From Laetmonice hystrix (lineage: Eukaryota), in the NCBI GenBank assembly GCA_965235115.1, contig OZ249436.1, forward strand, positions 34,970,001-35,034,000: DNA of 64,000 bases, read 5' to 3'. Below the pieces are notes generated by a model. That model did not search any database, was not told where the DNA came from, and saw only the letters and a list, made by a program, of their open reading frames with translations. This document shows positions 54,301-64,000 of the stretch, in pieces. The position numbers and the translations under genes are program-made. Each line of letters begins with the position of its first letter. The first letter of the stretch is position 1.

Positions 54301-54319
54301 CAGTGAACTTAGTCACTAA
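42331..54319 (+). CDS. ELP1: Elongator complex protein 1 (IKBKAP/IKI3), ~1341 aa, 32 coding exons
   Basis: Exons 42331-42480, 42612-42764, 42921-43002, 43179-43259, 43370-43455, 43603-43702, 43817-43907, 44061-44184, 44368-44473, 44660-44890, 45288-45461, 45602-45698, 45839-46000, 46161-46365, 46726-46779, 46966-47068, 47230-47419, 48771-48929, 49228-49374, 49722-49807, 49889-50037, 50341-50464, 50799-50893, 51248-51449, 51861-51922, 52052-52114, 52742-52916, 53047-53170, 53378-53505, 53657-53817, 53973-54054, 54240-54319. Motifs: [93 protein letters not shown]. Confidence 0.97.
47564..48643. mobile_element. Tc1/pogo-like non-autonomous element in the ELP1 intron after coding exon 17
   Basis: TIRs CAGTAGAGTCCCGC / GCGGGACTCTACTG with TA on both sides; subterminal TAAGACCA repeats; GC-rich interior. 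Confidence 0.85.
51554..51660. mobile_element. Tiny Harbinger-like MITE
   Basis: Imperfect TIRs GGGTGCGTTTCTCATC / GATGAGAAACATCCCC with a CAG duplication. Confidence 0.6.
52129..52467. mobile_element. Kolobok-like MITE
   Basis: TIRs AGGTGCTATTCGT / ACGAATAGCACCT with TTAA on both sides (52125-52128, 52468-52471). Confidence 0.8.
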
Positions 54320-56551
54320 GAGTGACTTCTCAATGCTACATCCTTTGTGAAGCTTCTTTTTAATCAAGACATGCTCTTGTACTGGACTTAAAAACGGAAT
54401 TAAACATAATTGTACATAACATCAAGACAATGAGTGATTTGGAAATTTTAGCAGAGCTGTTGAAAAGATCCTTGGGTCTGACAAACCATGATGTGTGTCA
54501 CGATCCGAAAAATAAAATAATTATAAAGTTACAGTATCCCCCTGAAGAATTTCTCTCTACCTTCTGGAGAAAATCCGGGGGCCCATGTGACGTCACCAGC
54601 TGGACGTCACGCACGCACTGGCGGCCTTATAGCGTTAATAAAATGCCCACAATTTTTTGTTATAAGTGATCACACATGCCGAACTTTTCATTTTCTATCA
54701 CTTTAAGTTCCTGGGCGGAGCGAAAGTTAAATCGTGGGAGCGAGTCTGAAACGTTCCCGTGTCGGGGAATTTAAAAAAGTTTTCAAGTTCGGGGGGGGGG
54801 GGGACTTGAAATCGTTACACCTGGCTAGGAAAAATACGGAATTTCTTAAATACTTACTGAGGTACCGGACTCGGAAAACTTGACGACAAAAGTCAGATAC
54901 AGTCCTCGGAAAAAAAATCATAATAACGGCCCAGGAAAAGACTTGTGGAAAATCCTGGGATTTAAGCCGAGAGCGTGTCCGCCGTAAACTTCCTACAATA
55001 TTCGTATGTGTGACCTGTGTAATCACGTGAACATTCTAGAAGGTTTGTAAAACAGACACAAAAAACTCGCAAGAGGTTTACAATAATAGCAAACACTTAT
55101 ATCCGTGGACGTATATGGGCACGCCCTATACCGCCGATATGCCCTACTCGCTCTTAATTGACCACAGTATGACAACTGCGATCTAATGGAGGCGAGAGTC
55201 GGCTGGGAGATAGGGCAATTGTTTCATTCTGTTCTACACAAGATAATCTATCTGTGAAGGATAATCTTTATCTACAGCCGTTCGCTGTTGATAACCAGAC
55301 GTCGCATCGGGAGTTTCTGTGGATTTATTAACGCAACCCTTGTGTTTACACGCGTAAAGAAACAGTATTGCACCATCATTTCACGTCACACATGACCAGT
55401 TTTTATAGCTTCTATACTTCCGTTTACGAAACCGGGAATTACCGCAAGAAACGTCAATATAGACTAAGAAAAGAAACAGGTTGTGTACCTGGTAGCTTAA
55501 AAAAAGAAGAAAGATTGGAAGGTAGGGACCATGCGGGGACCACCCAACCGTGGGTGGGTTTTGGTAAAAACAGAACCACGAATCTGACTCCGTCTGCACG
55601 ACGACCATTCCATTCCGAATGTTTCCATTGCTGGAACCGCCAGCTATCAGAGACGTTTGAATCGGCACAGTAAAGACATTACAAATGTGAAGAACCAAAG
55701 CCGCACAGCATTATTGTTCAGTAGGTACGTGTAAGAACGGTGTTGTGAGTATGAAGAATTTTTCTGTTCTGAACACTTCTGGCGATCTGATTTATTGGAC
55801 TTGTTGACCAACGTTAATAGACATCGAATGACTGTTCCGTGATGCGCAGCTGTTGTAAAAGCTGCTCTACATTAACTTTTCTTATCATTGCTCAAAAGTA
55901 ATCTTTGCACAGTCCCCACCTTGTGTGGTTCTGTTGAGACATTGAAGTTCAGGCAATAGGCCTATATGCTTTTCACCAACGTCATAAAACTAAGCCCTTC
56001 ACCCCAATTTACAACCTCGGATTCCTTTCTTTTGTGTGGAATTCCCGTCTTATTATGGTTGGCGCCGAAGATAAGTAGCTGGGGTGTTGGCCCAGCGGGA
56101 ACCGTTGTTTTGTTTGTTGATAACGTCATCCATTCCCAATTTTAGCACCGGGGTCCGTTCTGGCCCTCCGTACCTTAGGCCGAGTACATCGATTGGCATT
56201 GTATAAAACAATCATGAAATTTCGTTTCGAAATAATTGTAGACCTAACCTGACGTTATATCTGATAGGTTTATATATGATACGGTCACTAAAGTAACCTA
56301 CCAATTATCTGGCGTCGGTATTCGCAATATGATTGAAAGCACGCCTTATGACTGACCAAATCGTAAGTTCGATCAGAACGGAGATGGTTGGGTGGCAGTT
56401 TAAAGCCTTGGTCAGGGTAAACGAAATTTTCCATGCGTTTGTGAATATTCTAGATATTTCTCAGGGTTAGATAAGCTAGGCCTAGATGCAGTTGAGAACA
56501 GGTAGGCAGATCGGAGCAGCCTTTATTTTTAACGTGTACTATATATGCTTA

Positions 56552-56710
56552 GGGGCTGTTCAAAAATTACGTAACGCTATTTTGGGCCAAAACTGACACC
56601 CCCCACCCCCTCGTAACGCTCTGCAATGGTACTTCAACACTGTCCGTAACGTTTGGACATACACCCCCCACCCCACCCCCCGGCGCGTTACGTAATTTTT
56701 GAACGGCCCC
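56552..56710. mobile_element. Harbinger/Tourist-like MITE
   Basis: 26-bp TIRs GGGGCTGTTCAAAAATTACGTAACGC / GCGTTACGTAATTTTTGAACGGCCCC with a TTA duplication; the empty paralogous site ATATGC-TTA-TACAAAT is near 59900. Confidence 0.92.
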
Positions 56711-56867
56711 TTATACAAATATTTCCTTTTAAACCAGCGGCTTTTATATAATACATATTATGTATTCATACTCTCTGACGTATATATGTGCGTGCAGAGG
56801 TGTTTTCCAGCACGTCTCACTCGGCGGCCAAATCTAGTGTCACACACACATCGATAATGTTATATAA

Positions 56868-57304
56868 AGCTGGGTTTATACTTTTGACGCCGTTGCCCGC
56901 CGTTATACGCCAGCAAACGCACGCAGCCGGCGGCAGCCGGCGTTCGCTAGCGCATAGGTTTAGATCTATAGTTTCCACGCCGGCGAGGACACGCCGTATA
57001 ACGGCGCATGTCGGCGTAACATTTTCCAGAGTTCAACTGTGTTGAACTTTCAAGATGTGCGCTAGCATACGGCGGCAATTCAGCCAATCAAAAGTAGCCA
57101 AATTAAGTCAAATTACGATTTCACCTCGGAGCCTTGAGGATAGGTCGGCGCTTGCGAGCGTTTGCGTGCGTGAGTTTAGACTTGGGGGAGTGACGCTAGA
57201 CATACGGTTAGGTCTGCCGGCACTCGCTAGCTGACGCCGCCAACCGGCGTAGGATATGCTCGCGTATTACGGCGGCCGACGGCGTCAAAAGTATAAACCC
57301 AGCT
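56868..57304. mobile_element. Harbinger-like MITE
   Basis: TIRs AGCTGGGTTTATACTTTTGACGCCGT / ACGGCGTCAAAAGTATAAACCCAGCT with TAA on both sides. Confidence 0.9.
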
Positions 57305-57307
57305 TAA

Positions 57308-57696
57308 TGCCCCTGATCCACCGCTAGCAACTTAGCCTTGCGACTCGTTGGCAACCTATTGGCAACCTGTTCGCAACTCGGGGAAGTCCTACAGTTGACA
57401 TCCCAGTCGCGAACACGACACCAACACTATTTTGGTGGATCTCCTGTCTCTGCGACTCACTTGGCTTTGCAACCTGTTCGCAACCTCCCTTGGCGAAATC
57501 AAACATGTTTGATTTCGCCCACTGGCGACTGGAACTTGGCAACTGTATTTTCCGGTGGATCAGCTTTCGCGACTGATTCGCAACTTGTCATCAAAGTTGC
57601 GAATCAGTTGCAAAGTTTTGTTTGTGACTGATTCGCAACTTTTATTCTTTAGGCTAGTCAGTTGCGAAGCAGTCGCCACCGGTGGATCAGGGGGCA
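57308..57696. mobile_element. Harbinger-like MITE abutting the previous element
   Basis: TIRs TGCCCCTGATCCACCG / CGGTGGATCAGGGGGCA, flanked by TAA and TTA; internal GCAAC/GCGAC repeats. Confidence 0.85.
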
Positions 57697-58490
57697 TTAG
57701 TCTACGGTCGACTCCCAACACTCCGAAATTTTACGACTGCATGATGTCGGGCAAATTTACCACTTTCCGAAATGCTAACTCGGCAACCGTATAACTCCAC
57801 CTGCGGAAAGGTGAGTGCCTAAGATTGGCCGAATCGCCTTGAAAGTAACGACACATTCCAACCAAAGCCATGTAGGCTATATATTATACCTATACATGAT
57901 AGGTTTATACATGTATATGATACGGTCACTAAAGTAACCTACCAATTATCGGGGGTCGGTATTCGCAGTGTTATTGAAAGCACGCCTTATGACTGACCAA
58001 ATCGTAAGTTCGATCATAACGGAGATGGTTGGGTGGCAGTTTAAAGCCTTGGTCAGGGTAAACGAAATTTTCCATGCGTTTGTGAATATTCTAGATATTT
58101 CTCAGGGTTAGATAAGCTAGGCCTAGATGCAGTTGAGAACAGGTATGCAGATCGGAGCAGCCTTTATTTTTAAAGAAAGTGTTTGCACTGTGGACTACCG
58201 GACGAGGGTAATTTCAGAAGCCCTCGCCAAAATGGTGGAGGAGCAATCTTTCGCTTTGAGAAGTTCTACTCCCTTTTTCTCCCATTTAGAGTTCTCCGAT
58301 TGACCTCAAAAGTATAGTCAGAATGTGAAGGGAAATGTGCTAACTGTACTGAATGCGTTGCCTTTGCTTTATTCTGTATGGGATCAAAACACCCAAACTG
58401 GTCCTTTAAAGCCCACTGCTCAAAGATATATCTGATTTCGTTACCGGAGCTAATTAATTGAGCCGGGAAAATATTCTGAACCAGCACCAC

Positions 58491-58667
58491 CAGGGTTTCC
58501 TGCAGGCCCTTTTTTTTTGGGGGGGGGGGGGGACTTCCCCCCCCCCCCCCCATTATTCAGCTACCCCCCCCCAAAAAAAAATTTCCAGAGGGAAATATTT
58601 CGCATTACTCTCCCCCCCCAAACTCCCACCATTCCCACCATAAGTCGAAGATCTCCAGAAAACCCTG
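58491..58667. mobile_element. Short hAT-like MITE remnant
   Basis: Ends CAGGGTTT ... AAACCCTG around poly-G/poly-C tracts; no TSD. Confidence 0.45.
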
Positions 58668-61600
58668 CCCATAATAAAGTGTTATTTTTCTAACCGACGG
58701 TTGTGGCAGTCAGTAAGGCTCGTCTTTATATAGTATTTATCCTTATTGTGCACTTAAGATAGAAGTGTAGGCCTACATAGCGACGTGTACATTTCTTTCT
58801 ATAGAGACACCCCCCCCCCAAAAAAAAAGAAAAAAGAAAAAAAAAAGAAAATGCATCAATAATAAGCCTCATGTTGCAATCGAACAGACTGATGTAGTAG
58901 GCCAACCCGTATTATCGTTACTTCATACGAGGAACACTTGCTGCTCATCGGGCTTAAGGTGTAGGTGCAATGTACCGCATTTGTATATCCTAGCAAAGAC
59001 TATATTTGTTTGCCTTTCATGGATTTAAGGTAACGCCTGAGCGTAACCTTAAAGAAGAAGAGACCTTGTTTGTCTGGGAGAGTCATAAGGTGCACGTAGG
59101 TCCTGACCTTTGGAGGCGGACGCAAATGCGGTTGTCGACTATTATTCCACAGGAACCAACCTCATGAAAAGAGCGTCATTTTTTCATCGCACTTATTGGT
59201 TGTTTCATTCAAACCCGTCCGCTTGATTTAATTTTCGTGTTCCTTGTACGAAATGTGTACGTGATACGTGATCGAACTCCCTGCAGCAAATACCACCATG
59301 AGCGGCAGGTCATTGAGTAAGGTCATTGAGCCATAGCAGGGACGGGTCCAGCATCTTGGAAAGTCATTCTGCAGGAACAAAGGGGGCGTCCACCACTCCC
59401 CACTCTGAATCCGCCTCTGCCGAGAAGACGGATTTGTACCCCTGCTTACATGTATATTAACATATCAAATGGTCTTTCGGCAAGGATCCGTTTTTTTCGA
59501 GTTTGGCCCTTGACCTAATACAAACAGTCTGCGTGGTGATCCGCGGTAAGGGCCACCTGTGGTCCTGCAAATATAGACCTATGTTTAATTAAACAACCAA
59601 CTGTTTGGGTTAGGTAAAAAGAGTATGGCATATTTTTGGTTCAAGTAGGCGAAAGAAAAAGAAACACGTAAACAAAACTTGAATAAGTACATGAGAATAA
59701 GCAGTAAATCCACCAGGTTAGACTCGCCCTCCCCAGGGGCTCGATTTAATTCATTTGTGTTGTTTTTGTTAGAATTTAATTTAAAATGAGATGGCATTTT
59801 TACGTTCTCGGTATAATGCCGATAACTAAAATCATCGAGGATTTCAAGGACAAACCAGCAGGCATGATCTATAACTTTGAAGGTGTCACGTGTATATGCT
59901 TATACAAATATTTCCTTTTAAACCGGCGGCTTGTATATATGTATTCATACTCTCTGACGTATATATGCGTGCAGAGGTGTTTTACAGCACGCCTCACTCG
60001 GCGGCCAAATCTAGTGTCACACACACATCGATAATGTAAGTCTACGGTCGACTCCCAACACTCCGAAATTTTACGACTGCATGATGTCGGGCAAATTCAC
60101 CACTTTCCGAAATGCTAACTCGGCAACCGTATAACTCCACCTGCGGAAAGGTGAGTGCCTAAGATTGGCCGAATCGCCTTGAAAGTAACGTCACATTCCA
60201 ACCAAAGCCCAGGCTATATATTATACCTATACATGTTGTACATTTCAGAGCCGTACGCAGCCTAAAATTGCTGAGGGAGGGGGGGGCATGCAGACCTAGG
60301 TTCAGAAGGGTATACCCTGATCTCGAGTAGATTGGTTTCTCGAGTATAGACTGAATTGGTATTTGTATTCCTGAAGTGCCCCTAAAATCTCTGGGGGTTA
60401 TTTTCTTAAAAAGTATATTTCTACCAAATTGAAAGGGCACCTACTCGTGAAAAGGACATTTTTTCACCATGGTTACTGGGGTGGGGGAAATGGTATACTT
60501 TAGAATCGGACAAAGAATATCCCAGCTTCTCCATAATCCCGATGTTTGTATGCCGAGGCAAGTTATATATAGATATTTGTGTTAATCAAAAGCACGACAT
60601 GTACACTCAACAAGCAGATACTCTTCAATATTTAAAAGTAAATTTATCATACAATTTCTAAGCTTGTGATCCAGCTTGTGCATGTCATTATGAAAGACCG
60701 CGTGCACAGTCCTCTAATATTCAGCTGCAACATTCTGTTCTATGTAGGCATATATGCTGGACCGCTATTCTTTAGAGGTCTGCAAGGTCACCAGCTTCTT
60801 CTGGCACCTGTGTCGATCAGTCCTCTGCGCCAAGTCACTTGTCGAAGAATCATTTTGATAATTTACTATAATCTGTGTGATTCAGCACACTGGTTATACC
60901 CAGCCGTAGACATATATGGTTGTAGAGCGGAGCCGCGATATAGATCTACGACCGGTTCTACATTAAGTTTTGGTCTCATCCAGGAAACGTTTAAATTTCA
61001 GATTTGTCTCTTAAACCGAACCTTTATGCAAGAATTCCTTAAGCGTGTTTGTTCAAAGGTACTTGGTATCCGTCAGTTATCTCGTCATATTTACCTTAAA
61101 CACGTGGCGGGTCCATGAGAGTATATTAGCAAACTTGTCGTATTTTAGTGAACTGAAAACACCTGAGATTTGATATCAACTACGTCACCTTCCAAGCGTT
61201 GCGTGTATGGTCTGCGGAGACAATCAGAGAGCACTGTAGACCGCCTGCCCGCCCATATAGCTCGCTGAATATGTTTGTCCGATCCCCTGTTTTTGACAAA
61301 TCATTATATGAGCTTATAGCACAAATAATAAAGTGAGTAGGCGGAAAACGCATGTATTGTCGAGCAAATTCACTGTACCATACAAAGCTGGGCCTCCTAT
61401 AAGTTGGAGTTTTGCAGCAGGATACTGCGATATATTCAATCAGAAAAAAGGCGGGAAGTGGCCCAGACCATGTATTGACGTTGTCCATTGAGGACAAGGT
61501 TAATTTTACATCAACTTATTAACAGTCACCATCTTAGCGTGGCTAAATCCCATACTTCGTTAATGTGGAACAACGTAGCGGAATAATAGTGTATCTATAT

Positions 61601-62358
61601 CGATTATTTAACTCGAAGAGATCTATACCATTGTTCGTAACGGCAACATTGCGAGTAATGACGCTGTGAGACCTGAACCCGCTCCGGCCCTCCGTCACTT
61701 CCGGTTAATTCCCGCTCCTCCAGTAACTCTCTCACTTCGCCATTACTGTCCCTACCACAAACAGCATACACCCCAGAACCGGGGTGGGGCATAACCCCAC
61801 CCCCCACCCCCTTCCAAGACTCAAACTAGTGCCCCCCCCCAGCTTGGAATGGGGATAGACCTAGAGCCAAAGTGGTATACTGCAAATTATATCTGAATGT
61901 CTTTCGGCTGCCTGCCCCCTTTAGGGAGTATGGGATCTTGGTCTGCTCCCCAACTCTAAATATGTCATCCGGCACCTGTATGGGTCTCGGCTATCCGGCA
62001 ACCTCAAATATGAAATAAGATATAATACACCCGAGAACCAGCCAATAATCCACACCTGCCCACCAACGTGTCGTCTTCTCCCGCCTATTTTAATAAAAGA
62101 GATATGGATTCAGATATTACCGAATTTATGAACGTGGGGAGAGTGTCTTTAAATATAGGTTCGACGTCAAACCATGCCCCCAATTTGGTACAATTATGAA
62201 AGCACCTGAATGCAGACATTTCAATAGTTTGTGGGGTAAACTTGCCTGTTTTTGTAGAGATTAAGAGGCCATGTTCTAATATACTGACTCATTTTGGACA
62301 CGTACAAAAACCTCAGAATCTTTTCACATGCCGATCAAAGTCAGGCTTAATTTTCACT

Positions 62359-63229
62359 TGTCCATCCGTTACCGAAAACACATCATTTTTGAATTTTTTA
62401 AATATCAATCTTCTATCCAGAAAGGGGAAACTTTCTAAAAGAAAGCATTTTTGTATGTGTAGTATGATATAATCAGTTTCGAAAAAAAGTTTGCTAAATG
62501 AAGATTTTGAGAGGGGCGAAATCTGTCCCTCCGTTACCGGCAACGGAGGGACAAAAATTCAAAGTATCTGAATTCAGAATATTTAAAGCTAGAATCATCA
62601 TTCTGTTACGACTAACAAAGTTATTTACAGGCATTAGGTACTGTAGATCGGGAAAATTTTGCGGCAGTGAAATTTCGCGAATGACCTTTGTAAAACAAAT
62701 TCGCAGCATATTATTTTCGCGAGTCAGTGGGCTTTGGAAAACAATTCAGGCATACTTTCAAAGTTTAGCAGTGGAATAACACATCTTCACCGATGCCACG
62801 CTGATGTGTCAGTCTATGGGTTGAAATGTCTTCATTACTCCCCAAAAAAACCAACTAACCAAAAAAAAACAAAGATGTCATCATTACCATTGCATTTTTA
62901 CATGATCTTATTAATAAAACAATCAATTAGAATTATATAATTGACTTCTTTTTTTTGAGGAATGATATTTTGGACACTCTTTTGGTCACTTTTTCACACT
63001 ATTTTCAACTTTCACCAGTTGAAAACTTCCTTGTAATACTGGTGCAGCAGTTGCCATGGATACGCCACAGCTTTTGACAATAATGCGAAGAGGTGGTCCA
63101 CAGGTGTCAAAAATAAATTTCTGTAAAGCTATGGATAGAAACCCCTGATACATGATGTACAATGGCTGCCTAAATGGACAACTACAATCCTGTCCCTCCG
63201 TTACCGTTTGCAAATGTCCCTCCGTTACC
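62359..63229. repeat. Probable DNA-transposon remnant with a recurring TGTCCCTCCGTTACC motif
   Basis: Motif near 62359, 62525, 63191 and 63215. The copy at ~62525 forms the palindrome TGTCCCTCCGTTACCGGCAACGGAGGGACA. Ends not defined. Confidence 0.45.
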
Positions 63230-63480
63230 ATGACCACCTTCATTCAAAGCCCGCTGTAAAATGTCTGAGGGGTCCTATTGGCTTGAAAATTTCTACATTC
63301 ATAGTTGAATGATAATACCACCATATAAATCAGACACATAATCCTTATCATTCCAGGAACCGTGGATTATGTGTGTACAGAAAACATGTAAAAAATATAT
63401 GTTAATTTATAAATGTGCTGCCGCTCCGACTCAGGCGAGGTAAAACAAGGGAATTTGGCTTAAAATGTCCGAAGCATTTA

Positions 63481-63634
63481 AGATTTTCACATAGTAAAAC
63501 ATCACAAATCATCCGTATACCACGGAACTTTGTCCGAGATAAGCGAATATCCGACTTTAGAAATCCGACTTATGCATAGATTTTCACATAGTCAAACATT
63601 ACAAATCATCCGTATACCACGGAACTTTGTCCGA
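63481..63634. repeat. Two-copy direct repeat of ~58 bp
   Basis: AGATTTTCACATAGT.AAACAT.ACAAATCATCCGTATACCACGGAACTTTGTCCGAG at 63481 and 63578. Confidence 0.8.
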
Positions 63635-64000
63635 GTTGAGCGAAGACCCGACTTATGCGCGTCACTATTTCACGTTCTACTTGGAGCACAGCCCCTGAAT
63701 TGCCAACAATGTGGCAGGGAGGGTAGGCTACTGAGAAGTGCGCCCGCTTCTCGTTCATTACCCACCGATACACTTGGCCGAACACACTGACGTAGATTAT
63801 ACCTAAAGTCTCCGGGCAAGGTCAGATATTCAGTCAGCCAAACGATACCCATCCCATACTCGCTTATAGCTGCTTCAGTCTGAATATTTACCTCGTCGAT
63901 AGAAAACGACATGGCCAGAACACTTCACATGGAATAATTAAAATCGCCTTGCACCAGACCAACAAACAGGTATTTATTTAACTTTATTTATAAACTAAAC

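Larger units (their letters stand above)
56262..60235. repeat. Local duplication mosaic A-B-A'-(spacer)-B'
   Basis: A 56262-56532 is near-identical to A' 57897-58173. B 56533-57896, minus three MITEs, is near-identical to B' 59889-60235. Confidence 0.9.

Noticed and set aside
60666..63912. ORFs 60666-61118, 61180-61497 and 63670-63912
   Set aside because: No recognisable family motifs or supporting exon structure.

Overview
Eukaryotic (invertebrate animal, probably lophotrochozoan by inference) genomic DNA. It opens with the 3' part of an apparently intact AcademX-type DNA transposon (DDE transposase + XPG/FEN-like nuclease + Cys-rich tail, one intron). Its right subterminal region carries a phased array of RFX X-box-like palindromes. 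Five multi-exon genes follow, reconstructed by hand with GT-AG introns in consistent phase: selenoprotein MsrB1 (minus; in-frame TGA, candidate CC-type SECIS about 1.4 kb downstream), endonuclease IV/APN1 (plus, divergent from MsrB1), LAMTOR2 (minus) head-to-head with ecdysoneless/ECD (plus), and ELP1 (plus, 32 coding exons). Introns and the last 9 kb hold many non-autonomous elements (Harbinger-, Tc1/pogo-, Kolobok-, hAT-like MITEs, a Helentron/DINE-like element, an I-clade LINE fragment, a possible Crypton relic), a TTAGGG-containing minisatellite and a local duplication that preserves empty insertion sites. All calls come from reading the sequence; no database search or folding program was run.
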